Shown: positions 10,790 to 21,949 of the stretch, in pieces
Layout of the letters: every line of letters starts with the position of its first letter
Position numbering within the stretch: the stretch's first letter is position 1
DNA from: Wickerhamiella versatilis
Lineage: Eukaryota
NCBI GenBank assembly: GCA_030867685.1
Contig: JAQOWU010000003.1
Coordinates: 1-64,000 of the forward strand
Length of the DNA: 64,000 nucleotides
Direction: 5' to 3'
The notes under the pieces: model-generated
Database searches by the model: none
What the model was told of the DNA's origin: nothing
The model's input: only the letters and a program-made list of their open reading frames with translations
Made by a program: the position numbers and the translations under genes

Positions 10790-11286
10790 CGTGTTTTAGG
10801 GAATATGGCTCGTCTACTAGAAGGTTATTAATGTATTAATGCCCCACATGCAAGCTGTGTACCCACATACCGCTGCAATGTGTAATGCTTACACATTGCA
10901 TTCATAGCTTGCCCTTCAGTGGGGCCTTACTATACAAATATATATAAATAAATTTATTTATACGACCCAAAGAGGCTCATACCACCAAATTATGCAATTT
11001 ATCCAAGGCGGGGATGGCTCGAAAACTTTGGTGCCCGACTATATCGCGTCGAACCAGCCTCGTCTATGATGACATAGTATGTCAAGGATTATCTAATACA
11101 CCGCACTAGCTAACCGAGCCAGGTGGTAGCTAATGTATGGAACACATTTTTTTTTCAGTGGTAGAAGAATGAGATGGATGTTTTATTCATTGACATGCTA
11201 AAAATGCCAGGCCCCAAGCCAGGACTTCACTTCGAACAGTCGGCATTACGGAGACTAGCCGTATAATGCGCACTTTGCGTGGGGTG

Positions 11287-11318
11287 GTGGGCTATCTTGC
11301 ATTGCACCAGCTTCAGGG
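11287..11318 (+). repeat. Copy of ~40-bp motif
   Basis: gtgggctatcttgcattgcaccagcttcaggg. Confidence 0.85.
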
Positions 11319-11607
11319 ATACAGCCACAATACAAACTAGCCAATAGGTTTATTGTCAGTCAGGCTACAGAAATAGGTTGAGTGGGTAAGCATAATGCAA
11401 CATCGCAGCATATGCCACATTTGTGACCCAGAAGATGGGCTTGTTGTATTATGGACACATGGCGTTAAAGTAGTGGGCTGATGCAAGAATGATCCCTGGC
11501 TCAAAGAAATTCTAGCCATGCGTTTTTTAAAGCCCTCAATGTATGATGGCTTGGTCCTAACTCAAGCAGGTATTAGACGATGGTATGGTATAATTAGTCA
11601 ACCAAAC

Positions 11608-13140
11608 ATGCTCTGGTCGGGCATGGCACTAGCTGCGCTAGTGTTTGCTCAAAAAAGCTCCATAGAGAGTATTTCAGGGTATTGGGAAAAATGTAGCGTT
11701 GTACATTCACGGCACGATTTGTATGGACCAACTTATCCCCAGATCAATATTAATGTACCTCTTACTGCTAATGAAGATGAATTCGACCTCCCCTTCGCAT
11801 CCCCCAATAAAATTCATGGTGGCTATGCTCTATTGCAATATACTGTTGTTTTATATGCTTATGAAGACAGGGATCTGCTTGGTGTACCTGCACCTGATGG
11901 CCGTGTGGAGTACGTCTGCACAAATCATACGATCAGATCTGGGGCATGCACTGACGATGACTATGGAAAAATTTTATTGAAGGAAAATATACACCCAAAG
12001 CTTCCTATTCGTTATGATACTCTAAAAATTGACATGCCTCCATCCTTCGATCGGCAAGACTTTGATAATATCAACTATGATATATCAAATACGTCGCTTT
12101 ACTGTGTGGGGATATTTCCAATGCAATATTGTACCGACTGGAAAAACTACAGATGTGTTGAGGTGACTCCATCACAGGAAGAAGATTCACCTCACAGATT
12201 TACTAGTATAGTGGAAGCACATGTGAAATTTCGCAGCTCGTTTGGATACTTAACTGCTCCTAAGGGACCGCTTCTAATATTCCATTTTGTTAATGCAGGT
12301 CTTTGCTTGATATTTGTCGCTCTATGGTCGTGGAACTGCTACCTTAACCCCAATAATATTGTGAAAATCCAACACCAAATCATTATTATAGGAACACTTA
12401 TGGCCTGTGAGCAGCTAATTACTGTATTTCACTACTTATCGATAAGTATTACAAGACAGTATCTGTTACTGCTTTGGTTTGCGGCTTTTCTGCATGCTTT
12501 TTGTGTTATCTATATGCCGTTCTTTCTGCTGCTCATGTGCGTGGGCTATTCTGTTGTATGGGAAACTTGGAGATGGAACTCACTATTCTATTGGATCCCC
12601 CTAGGTGCTGGAACCTTCTTCACGTTGTTTGTACACACTCTCGATACAAATTACTGTTCTGACGATGGCACTTATGAAGAGAACTTTCACGTGGCAGTTA
12701 TCGCTGTGCTTTACGGATTACTAGTAATTAACTTTTTATGGGCGATACAACGCTTATCGACTGCAAAAAAGTTTTTAATTGGGAAAAAACAGCATTTGAG
12801 GGCGAACTTATACAGAAAAATCCGAAACTACGCCAGTATCTACGCCCTTGTAATTCTTATCTTTACAATGAACCTTTTGGTCTATACACTTTCTCATAAA
12901 TACAGAGGCTTCTTCAACCATTACTGGAAAAGTAAGTGGTTCTTCTTGGATGGATTTTCATTCGTGGCATATCTATTTCTCTTTCTAGCTATTGCATACC
13001 AATTGCGGCCTCAGGCTTATGAACAGCTCCCACAAGACGAAGACTGGTTGGAAAATTCCGGGGAAGTTGAAATGGAGACATTGCCTTTTCCGAAATTTGA
13101 TCACTTTGGGAGGTTACAGGGCCCGAAATCGGGAGATTAG
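11608..13140 (+). CDS. Ptm1-like / GOST (lung seven-transmembrane) family protein
   Basis: Signal peptide at MLWSGMAL (ORF opens at 11518); YVC...GAC...DYGKILL lumenal domain, FRSSFGYL, MCVGYSVV, HYWKSKWFFLDGF, AYQLRP; 7 TM helices. Confidence 0.8.
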   Translation: MLWSGMALAALVFAQKSSIESISGYWEKCSVVHSRHDLYGPTYPQININVPLTANEDEFDLPFASPNKIHGGYALLQYTVVLYAYEDRDLLGVPAPDGRVEYVCTNHTIRSGACTDDDYGKILLKENIHPKLPIRYDTLKIDMPPSFDRQDFDNINYDISNTSLYCVGIFPMQYCTDWKNYRCVEVTPSQEEDSPHRFTSIVEAHVKFRSSFGYLTAPKGPLLIFHFVNAGLCLIFVALWSWNCYLNPNNIVKIQHQIIIIGTLMACEQLITVFHYLSISITRQYLLLLWFAAFLHAFCVIYMPFFLLLMCVGYSVVWETWRWNSLFYWIPLGAGTFFTLFVHTLDTNYCSDDGTYEENFHVAVIAVLYGLLVINFLWAIQRLSTAKKFLIGKKQHLRANLYRKIRNYASIYALVILIFTMNLLVYTLSHKYRGFFNHYWKSKWFFLDGFSFVAYLFLFLAIAYQLRPQAYEQLPQDEDWLENSGEVEMETLPFPKFDHFGRLQGPKSGD

Positions 13141-13857
13141 ATTCTAATGCTATGCAGTTGACACAAGGATACGGAAATGAACTTTCCTGCATTGTGGCCT
13201 TACCATACATAAAAGCCTTCATTTGTATCGTTCAGGTTACCACAATTGATGATGATTTTTGCTGGGAGCTGTAGGGAATTCCATGCATTGTTGGCTACTT
13301 ACTGCAGCGTGTTGATCATGGCTAATTTTGTTGCGGCTTTCTAGGCTATGTACTATTTAAATATTTGAGCAAAGGTATATTACGTTAGTCAATTACTATT
13401 TGTTGCATGTTGCTACTGAGTTAGCCCGCGTGGGCATGTGTCACTGAAACCTAGGGTAAGTTCCCCTACCCTTATCAAGTACGACATGTGCGTAGCATGA
13501 CGGATTATTACTGCTTTCTCTGGGCATTTTAACCTTTTTTTATTGTAAAAATAGAAATTCTCGATAGTTTCTAAATGGAATACAGTTTATAGGACGCCAG
13601 TTAACTCATGGTTCATCGCCTATATTGCAGCGAAGTGTTGCAACCAGGCTTTAAAGAAGGTTACCTTGGTGCGCAAATCTCGAAGACTATTTACTATTCT
13701 TTTCAGTGATCTTATTAAATGGATTGGGTAGAACTAAAAATTAAAAGTACAGAGAGCGATTAAGATTGATATTAATACATCACAATAATTAGTGAAATGA
13801 AGCAGGGTACTGACAGAAGAGAAGGACAAAAAGATTGCAGTGACAAATTTCCAGAAT

Positions 13858-14424
13858 TCAAACCTTTTCTGGAGGTGGTAAGTCTGATTCTGCCTCTTCT
13901 GAGGCGACCTTATCATCAATTGTTTCTATCGGACTAGCCCAGGGCTTGCCGGGCTGGCCATCGTCCACAATCACGCCCTTAAGGAGAAGTATGTCCCATA
14001 CGATCACAACAAGGCCGACGAGACAAGAAATCCACAGGAAGGCCAACCTCGCACGAAGTATATATAGAATGTAGAAGTCAAAAGAAACCATTACGGAAGT
14101 CCACACAGAGGCTGCCAGTAGAAGAAGGAATGCAATACTATCGATACTAATTAAGATACGCTTCTTCGCCTCAGCGGTACTAGGATTCTTTATTTCTATC
14201 CCCAGGCAGGTAGCCACTAACACTAGTGAAACCGGTGTGAGAACGATGCAAATCACATCCCCCAGAAGTGCAGTCAAAATAAGAGCAATGACATTAAAAA
14301 CAAGCAGAGCGACTCGGAGTCCAAAACTCACCAATCCATACAATCCCATTATGGCGGTGATGTAATATGTGATCAGGACTGCATGGGGAGTATATATAAG
14401 CCCTATTGCCGCAGAGTACGTCAT
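13858..14424 (-). CDS. Four-TM membrane protein, MARVEL-like
   Basis: LRVALLVFNVIALIL...IDSIAFLLLLAASV...ARLAFLWIS pattern resembles fungal MARVEL proteins; start uncertain. Confidence 0.5.
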   Translation of the reverse strand: MTYSAAIGLIYTPHAVLITYYITAIMGLYGLVSFGLRVALLVFNVIALILTALLGDVICIVLTPVSLVLVATCLGIEIKNPSTAEAKKRILISIDSIAFLLLLAASVWTSVMVSFDFYILYILRARLAFLWISCLVGLVVIVWDILLLKGVIVDDGQPGKPWASPIETIDDKVASEEAESDLPPPEKV

Positions 14425-14682
14425 ATTAGTAATGCATAAGCCTCGGCGCCTCTTTCTATATTGCTCACGGCAGCGTAATGAAATGAGAAAGGTATTTTAG
14501 AGAATATCCATGGCAAATGTGTGATTGTTCCAAAGTTATTGAGCCATTATATGTATACAAATCCTAAAACCCATCGTCCTACACTAATGTGGGGTTACTT
14601 GCGTTCATTGTGTATCTAGTGTTACACTAATCTTAGCGGGCATGGTAGCTCAAATAGATGCGTATGGGTTGGCTCAACTCAA

Positions 14683-14708
14683 CTATTCTGCATTGTCCTC
14701 ATTCAGGG
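14683..14708 (+). repeat. Degenerate copy of ~40-bp motif
   Basis: ctattctgcattgtcctcattcaggg. Confidence 0.6.
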
Positions 14709-15075
14709 TGATAAACAGAATGTATTTACTATAGATTGCTATGATCACGTAATGCTGCTTATCTTTCCTTTTCATTTCTTTAACATATTTTTATTCAGTT
14801 TGATCATAGTTACAGCCAACTTTAAGCTATGAGTCAATACAGAGTTATTATCCAAGTAATCATATATTGAGCGGCACCCCTTAAGATCTCATTATCCAAC
14901 GGGGAGAAGTAAAACTTTGCTCAAGTTACCACAGCATGGTAGATCATTGCTATATTACCATCTTAGGTCTTTGGTGGGGTAAGTGTCAGATGCATTTGTT
15001 GGGTTCAAAGATAGAAACATTAGGTCATTTTGCGTCAATAAGAACAGAACAGCTTACACGGTTCGTATCGGTGTC

Positions 15076-15671
15076 CTACTCGCTAGTAAAGTGAATCGAA
15101 AGGAAAATAATAGGAATAACAATTAATGCGACCGCTTGTGATCCCATATAGCCAGCAGCTACTATGGATCTATTAGGGCGAAATACTCCCCATAATATTA
15201 GTGAGAAAGCAGAACTAAATGCGCTTGCAATAAAGAAAAGAGCCAGACCATATAAGATTTGGCTCATGAGATCTCTTCTTCGCTCAATATCGTCCATTCC
15301 CTGAACCCTCATCAATAAACATTGGTAGAGAACAAGGGACATAACAGCTCGAGCCACTAAACAAGGTGTATGGAAACGAACAGGGGAATAATTCTCTAAT
15401 ACACCCTCGATATTGCTAGACGCAAGAGATATCATGGAGATGGATTGACGGATAGGACTTACTACTCCCGTATTTATAAAATGAAAGGAAAAAGTATAAG
15501 GAGAGCAAGAACATACAGAGCATAAATACTGGAAAGGAAAATAAACCGCCTACTAGAGCCAATTATTAGATTCACAATACAATGACATGTCAACAACATA
15601 GGATTTACCATGGAAAATGTTCTGCTCACACGCGTCAGTTCACATACAAAACCACCACCATAGCCCTTCAC
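15076..15671 (-). pseudogene. Probable decayed membrane-protein gene (two hydrophobic ORF pieces)
   Basis: ORFs 15474..15671 and 15076..15435 are adjacent, same strand and hydrophobic. Confidence 0.35.
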
Positions 15672-15915
15672 GGTGAAACATTTGCTATCGCGATTTCCAT
15701 CTCTTGAATTCTGGAACTGTGAAATTATTCTTGTACAGAGGGATACACATTGGTGCTAATGGTATTTCACTATCCATTCATATCTCATTAGTCATCACAT
15801 ATTTTTCCGTCAAGGGTGTGCCTCGTATCCACGAATGATAGAGTATGTACCTCTTGCTCCACCCACTATGATAGCAGTCAGTTCAATAATGCTGTTGGTA
15901 TCTCCACAATGTGGT

Positions 15916-16548
15916 TATGAGGAGCATTACTTTGTAATGAAGCTGGGCATCATGAGTTCCGCTCTCCTCTTCATCGTATCATACTCAATGCTTCTTCGAA
16001 AGGAATAACTATCAGCGAAATCACCCCAGATAATGACAAATGCCTTTCTGTCCACTTTAATTCTCATAAGTATGAGCGTACGTGCAAGTATTGTATTCAC
16101 TAATGAAAGGCTTTCGCTCCAAAGGTTTACTTTCAATGACAACCGGAATTACAGTACACAAAGTAAGCTATTTTTGGCTATATTCCTTCTCGGAATATTT
16201 TTCACGAGTCTCGCTGAGTCCTCGCTTGCCGAATCAAAGTCATCACAAAATCCGCGACTTTATCAAATAAGAGAAGCCTTGGCTACCCGGCTGTCTACTC
16301 TGGCGAATAGACCGATACCAATAATAATCGAGCGCATTAAGGGGTCTCGATCATTTATAAGATGTGTTGCTCTCATGCCTGTTGTATGCTTTCTTCTTGG
16401 TATACAGATGCAAGTCATCCCTATGGATAATGAAAATACATACTCAATAAATCTTGCGTACAATGCTAAGATTTGAGAAAAGCAGGTGTATGGTATGCTT
16501 AGGTGTTACATTGCTCATGGAAGATTTGAACATCAAAATCTCAGTTAG
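15916..16548 (+). pseudogene. Probable decayed membrane-protein gene
   Basis: Frame of ORF 16033..16476 extends upstream through one stop (YEEHYFVMKLGIMSSALLFIVSYSMLLRKE*LSAKSPQIM) and stays hydrophobic. Confidence 0.4.
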
Positions 16549-16628
16549 TGAAGTGGGCCTTGATGCGAAAGTCCTTTTCAATTGTCCAACTACCACTATA
16601 TCTCTTCCGATCACTAGATATTTATAGC

Positions 16629-17048
16629 TCAAGATACTGAAGGCTTTGTCTGCCGCGGTATAACAGAAACTGCTGTTGCAATGCAGCAAACCTGGGATCG
16701 TGTGTTATCGTGACCTTGTGACTCGGCGTCAAACCTAATTGCATATGCAGCGTTTGCCCCGGCTGCTTTCACACCTTGAAGCATGCGATTGACTGCTTCT
16801 TTGCGCGTGGTTCTCACCAAAGACGTGTATTCCGTATTCTCAGTAGTAAGTAGGCTTCCCCTACTGCTCCTCTTCCCAAAAAGTGGCATGTGCTTACTCT
16901 CCGTCAACTCCCTCACTGATTCACCATAAACTACACCATGTATTTTTATGATGTCATAGCCGGGGAAATCCCCCGCTGTAGACAAAAGTATTCCATGGGC
17001 TTGTTCGGGCGTCACTAAGGTATAAGGCGGAGGGGCTTCCTGTAACAT
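16629..17048 (-). CDS. YbjQ/UPF0145 (putative heavy-metal-binding) family protein
   Basis: LLSTAGDFPGYDIIKIHGVVYGESVR...EYTSLVRTTRKEAVNRM...AAGANAAYAIRFD; start taken at MLQEAPPPY. Confidence 0.85.
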   Translation of the reverse strand: MLQEAPPPYTLVTPEQAHGILLSTAGDFPGYDIIKIHGVVYGESVRELTESKHMPLFGKRSSRGSLLTTENTEYTSLVRTTRKEAVNRMLQGVKAAGANAAYAIRFDAESQGHDNTRSQVCCIATAVSVIPRQTKPSVS

Positions 17049-17200
17049 TACACCAAATTTGTGGGTGGGGTTATTAATAATACAGAGGAAGTGATATCTA
17101 CTTATCATCACTATATAGTGTCCGAATATAATGTATATATACATATATTAATGCATGTCCTTTAGATTTTGTACACTCTTCGCCACTCTATCGGAGAATC

Positions 17201-17232
17201 CATTGCCCAACCAGTCTCAGGTAGTGAAGTGG
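17201..17232 (+). repeat. Right half of ~40-bp motif
   Basis: cattgcccaaccagtctcaggtagtgaagtgg; shares ccagtctcaggtagt with copy at 26574-26588. Confidence 0.8.
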
Positions 17233-17292
17233 TGTCGTCTTAAACTGCCGAACTTTCTGATTAGTCAACTAGATTCCATCGACGATAATCCG

Positions 17293-19047
17293 ATGTCGAA
17301 GGAGTACGATGGCATGCCCAAGGGGCTTCGCAGAGGATTGACCGACTATGGGGACAAAGAATTCAGTCTCTATTTGCGGCGTACTTTTGCGAGCTCAATG
17401 GGATACAGTCGAGAAATGCTTGACCGTCCAGTGGTGGGTATTGCAAACTCGGCCAGCGACCTGAACAATTGTCACCGTCTATTCCCTGAAATGATAGAGG
17501 CTGTCAAGCGTGGTGTAATTGCAGCTGGAGGCTTGCCTCTCGCGTTTCCTACTATTTCATTGGGGGAGGGTTTTGTTCACCCCACAAGCCTCAAGTTCCG
17601 CAATCTGATGTCAATGGACGTGGAGGAGATGTCGCGTGCTCAGCCTGTTGATAGCATAATTCTGCTTGGTGGTTGTGACAAGACGGTACCTGCCCAGCTA
17701 ATGGGTTCTGCCTCTGCCAACATCCCATCTATTCAATTGGTATCTGGCCCAATGACCACTGGCCGATATGAGGGCGAAAGACTTGGTGCATGTACAGACT
17801 GCCGACGTTATTGGGCCAAGTTTAGAGCTGGAGAAGTTAGCAAGAACCAAATAAATCACATTGAGTCCCGTCTTGCCACAACGGCTGGCACCTGTGCAGT
17901 AATGGGCACTGCCAGCACCATGGCCTGTATTGCAGAAGCTATTGGTATGATGCCTGCATATTCTGCGACAATACCTGCGGTGGATGCAGACCGCTTACGT
18001 ATGGCAGAGGAGACAGGATGGATTGCTGTCGGCCTTATAAATACAGAGAGGACTCCGTCCAAAATTCTGACCGAAAAAGCAATTGAAAATGGGCTTCGCA
18101 TTTTATTAGCTTTGGGTGGCTCAACCAATGCGCTTATTCATTTGACAGCCATTGCTGGACGACTAGGAATCAGGATAGCCCTCGAAAGGATAAATGAATT
18201 GAGCGATTCTACACCAGTGCTGGTTGATCTCAAGCCAACAGGACACGGATATCTGGAGGACCTTCATGCAGCCGGTGGTATGCCAGCCATTATGCGTGAG
18301 CTGAAAGATATACTTCACCTTGACGCCTTAACTGTGACTGGCGAAACGATTGGCGATCGCATTGCACGAGCACCAGAATGGGTAGATCGAACCTATATCA
18401 GATCTATCAACGATCCAGTACGCCCAACAGGTGGTATTGTGGCATTATTTGGCAATATTTCACCTCGCGGGGCCATTTTGAAGCGATCCGCAGCTAACCC
18501 TGAGCTTTTCGAGAAAGAAGGACGTGCTGTCGTATTCACCTCCCTTGAAGACCTAGCAAATCGTATCGATGACCCTAATCTTGATGTGACACAGGACGAC
18601 TTCCTAGTCTTGAGGAACGCAGGACCAACTAGTTCTGCCGCAATGCCAGAGGCAGGCTACCTTCCCATTCCATCAAAATTAGCCCGTGCTGGCGTGAAGG
18701 ATATGGTGCGTATTTCAGATGCACGCATGAGTGGTACTGCCTACGGGACCATCGTTTTGCATGTTGCGCCTGATGCCTCCTCCGATGGCCCTATTGCCCT
18801 TGTTCGTAATGGTGACAAAATCCGTCTTAGTGTAAAGAAACGCTCTATCAACCTTCTGATAAGCCCAGAGGAACTAAAAAGACGAAGAATGCAGCATATC
18901 CCAATACATAAGGAGCCAAAGCGCGGATATGCTAAACTCTATGATCAGCAGATTCTTCAAGCAGATGAGGGCTGTGATTTTCGCTTCCTTCTACCTGTTG
19001 AAAGTCAGGATATGCATGTAGCTACCAAATCATATAACGACTGGTAG
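17293..19047 (+). CDS. IlvD/Edd-family dehydratase (dihydroxy-acid or sugar-acid dehydratase), bacterial-like
   Basis: RPVVGIAN, NNCH, GGCDKT, GTCAVMGTASTM, GGSTNA, SDARMSGT, HVAP; start taken at MSKEYDG (ORF opens at 17155); no mitochondrial presequence. Confidence 0.92.
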   Translation: MSKEYDGMPKGLRRGLTDYGDKEFSLYLRRTFASSMGYSREMLDRPVVGIANSASDLNNCHRLFPEMIEAVKRGVIAAGGLPLAFPTISLGEGFVHPTSLKFRNLMSMDVEEMSRAQPVDSIILLGGCDKTVPAQLMGSASANIPSIQLVSGPMTTGRYEGERLGACTDCRRYWAKFRAGEVSKNQINHIESRLATTAGTCAVMGTASTMACIAEAIGMMPAYSATIPAVDADRLRMAEETGWIAVGLINTERTPSKILTEKAIENGLRILLALGGSTNALIHLTAIAGRLGIRIALERINELSDSTPVLVDLKPTGHGYLEDLHAAGGMPAIMRELKDILHLDALTVTGETIGDRIARAPEWVDRTYIRSINDPVRPTGGIVALFGNISPRGAILKRSAANPELFEKEGRAVVFTSLEDLANRIDDPNLDVTQDDFLVLRNAGPTSSAAMPEAGYLPIPSKLARAGVKDMVRISDARMSGTAYGTIVLHVAPDASSDGPIALVRNGDKIRLSVKKRSINLLISPEELKRRRMQHIPIHKEPKRGYAKLYDQQILQADEGCDFRFLLPVESQDMHVATKSYNDW

Positions 19048-19351
19048 CTATTCACCTTTTAAATGTGGGTTTGTGCTTAGAAAGAGCCCTTAAAAGGCCG
19101 GTGATATAAAGCTCCAACCTACATTATAGTCTTCGATAGCAGTATTTTTATATGTAGCTTGCAAACAGAGGAAAAGCTTCGATAATTAAAGAAGGCACAA
19201 TAGAATTTGCAGCAAATCTAGACGTTATCGAATGATATGGATAGAAACTAGGCAGAAGTGACAGATAAGACTGAAACGCTACTCAGAAAGCACCAAGCTG
19301 CGGTTTAGTGTTGACACTGCTGCATCACGCTGATATGTAGTTCAAGTATTA

Positions 19352-19930
19352 TTAACCCCCAAACAAAGCTACTACCATTCGTAACTTATCCAACGCTTGG
19401 ATAATTACGCTTTCTCGAGAAATTTCTCCTCGCTCTATTTCCTCTCTAGTTCGATTAGCTTTTCGTCGAGTAAGAAACTTTTCAACAGGCCTATTGGCAA
19501 TGGAAATAATTGTAACACCACATATCGTTAAAAAAAGCGGCTTTCCACGGCTTCCCAGAAAAATAAACATGGATGTGAATAATAAGACCAGTGCGCTCCG
19601 TAAAGGCCACATCATATAAAAGTTAACAACAGGATCCCCAAGTATCGTTTCCGCATGCTCATACCATTCTTCTCGCCATCTCTCGCCACAAATATCTGTC
19701 GTTCTCCGGTGCACACGATTGCGAACGACTAAAATTATTGAAGCCCCTAATAAGAAAAGTACAGCGGCCAAAAAATAATAGGCGTATTGATTCTCGTTTC
19801 CGACCCCGACTTTATCATTTTCAAATGGCTTTATCGGAACTCGAAGCCAGTCGAGATCCATTAAACCTTGTTGCCCAGATGACAAATCAGACTCGTCATA
19901 CACAAGCAGACCCATAGGACCGTCTTTCAT
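19352..19930 (-). CDS. Hypothetical membrane protein
   Basis: 192 aa with 2-3 hydrophobic segments; no family recognised. Confidence 0.5.
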   Translation of the reverse strand: MKDGPMGLLVYDESDLSSGQQGLMDLDWLRVPIKPFENDKVGVGNENQYAYYFLAAVLFLLGASIILVVRNRVHRRTTDICGERWREEWYEHAETILGDPVVNFYMMWPLRSALVLLFTSMFIFLGSRGKPLFLTICGVTIISIANRPVEKFLTRRKANRTREEIERGEISRESVIIQALDKLRMVVALFGG

Positions 19931-20289
19931 TTATCAATGAACCCTTAGGCTGTCAAGTAGGTTGGAATGCTGCATCATATTAAGTGTATGTGAATCACTT
20001 CGGCAAAAAAACCAGCATCCGATTGTGGAAATTAGGCATAGACCTGCCCTACATGACAATTGCGAAGCTCAGGGGAGTGGGAACTGGCCAGATTAGGGTG
20101 TTAAAGTGTATGAGAAGGTTTGAAACTTGGCTGGAATCTAGCTTGAGAATCAGGAACCAACGGATTGGTTGCATCACCGAATGTTCTTCAATGAATCACG
20201 TGATTTGACGTCAATTTTAATATCCTGATGAGTACATAAAAAAGTTCCAGGTTAGTCTCGCTTACGACAGAAACTACAAAATATCATTT

Positions 20290-21949
20290 ATGGATCGCTT
20301 ATTTATGTCTCAGGATGATGGAAGTGTAGATAAAGAGATAAAAAAACCTGGGGCAGTGACGATTGCAGTCTCACCTCATTCATCTCAAGAAGAGGAAAAT
20401 GAACCAGAAAATGCAAATGAACTTAAGCGCACACTATCGACTCGTCAAATATCCATGATATCAGTCGGTGGCACCATAGGAACAGGTCTACTTCTCGGGC
20501 TGGGCAAGAGTCTTGCACAGTCTGGCCCAGCCTCCGTATTGATCACATATGCTATAATTGGTGCTATCGTATTTCTTGTAATGTTAGCTCTTGGCGAGAT
20601 GAATGCGTACATACCGACTGCGGGATCTTTTTGTAGCTTTGCTTCAAGATTCATTGATCCATCTGTAGGGTTCGCGATGACTTGGAACTATTGGGCTAAT
20701 GACGCGATATCTGTAGCATCAGATCTAACAGCACTACAACTGGTCTTCAAATATTGGACGGATTTTCATTCCTGGATTATAGCGCTTATATTTTGGGCTT
20801 TTATTCTTGCGATAAATATTGTCTCTGTGAGTGCATACGGAGAGATAGAGTATTGGCTATCCCTGCTCAAGGTGATATCTATTGTAATTCTAGTCATTCT
20901 TGGCATTGTTGTGAACTGTGGTGCAAATACCGATCATCAGTACCTTGGCTTTCACTACTGGTATATTGAAGGGGCACCATTTGTCCATGGATTTCGAGGG
21001 TTTGCCAAAGTATTTGTGACTGCGGCTTTTGCATATGGAGGTACTGAGTCAATCGGAATCACTGCAGGTGAGGCCAAGAACCCCCATAAAACCATGCCTC
21101 GCGTAGTGCGCACCGTATTTTGGCGAATTCTGCTGTTTTACTTACTGTCAGTGTTAATTGTCGGAATAGATGTACCGTGGAATTGGCCAAATCTAAGTAA
21201 TGGAGACACTATCACTTCGCCTTTCACTATTGTTTTCGAACGTGCTGGCTCTCAAGCAGCTGGATCCTTCATAAATGCTGTCATTGTCACCTCAGTAATA
21301 TCGGCATCTAATCATGCTCTCTATGCAGGTACTCGTTTAATGTACACGCTCGCTAAGGAAGGCTATGCGCCAAAGTTTGTCGGAACTCTTACTCCCACAA
21401 AGGTGCCATGGGTGGCTCTTCTAATCACATGGCTGGTAGCTGGCCTATGCTTTGGATCATCTTTTATCGGGACAGGAACATTATGGACATGGCTTCAGAG
21501 TTTGGTTGGTGTCTCAAATTTAATATCTTGGCTTATCATTGGAATAACGTCGCTTAGATTTCGGAAGGGGCTTGAGATCCAGGGGAAAACTCATGAATTA
21601 GTATATCAGAACTGGACGTATCCATGGGGCCCCTGGATCATTGTAATTGCGGTCACATTCATAATTCTTGTCCAAGGTTGGTCGACATTTTCCCCCTGGG
21701 ATACTGCTTCTTTTTTCCCCCTGGGATACTGCTTCTTTTTTCCAGAGCTATATTGAATTAGGTATTATGCCTGTCATGATTGTTGGATGGAAGATACTAA
21801 AGCGTACAAGTTTTGTGAAAACTTCAGACATGGACTATGAATCGGGACTTTATATAGAGACTGAAGAGGATTTGAGAGAGAGAGAGTATGAAGAAGACCT
21901 TCGAGGATGGAGACGGGCGATTTACCAAATGAGATCTTTTTTCTTGTAG
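20290..21949 (+). pseudogene. Yeast amino-acid permease (YAT/APC family) frameshifted near 3' end by a 25-bp tandem duplication
   Basis: LKRTLSTRQISMISVGGTIGTGL, GEAKNP, FWRILLFY; ccccctgggatactgcttctttttt repeated at 21692 and 21717; natural C-terminus (FQSYIELG...WKILKRT) lies in frame of ORF 21668..21949. Confidence 0.85.
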
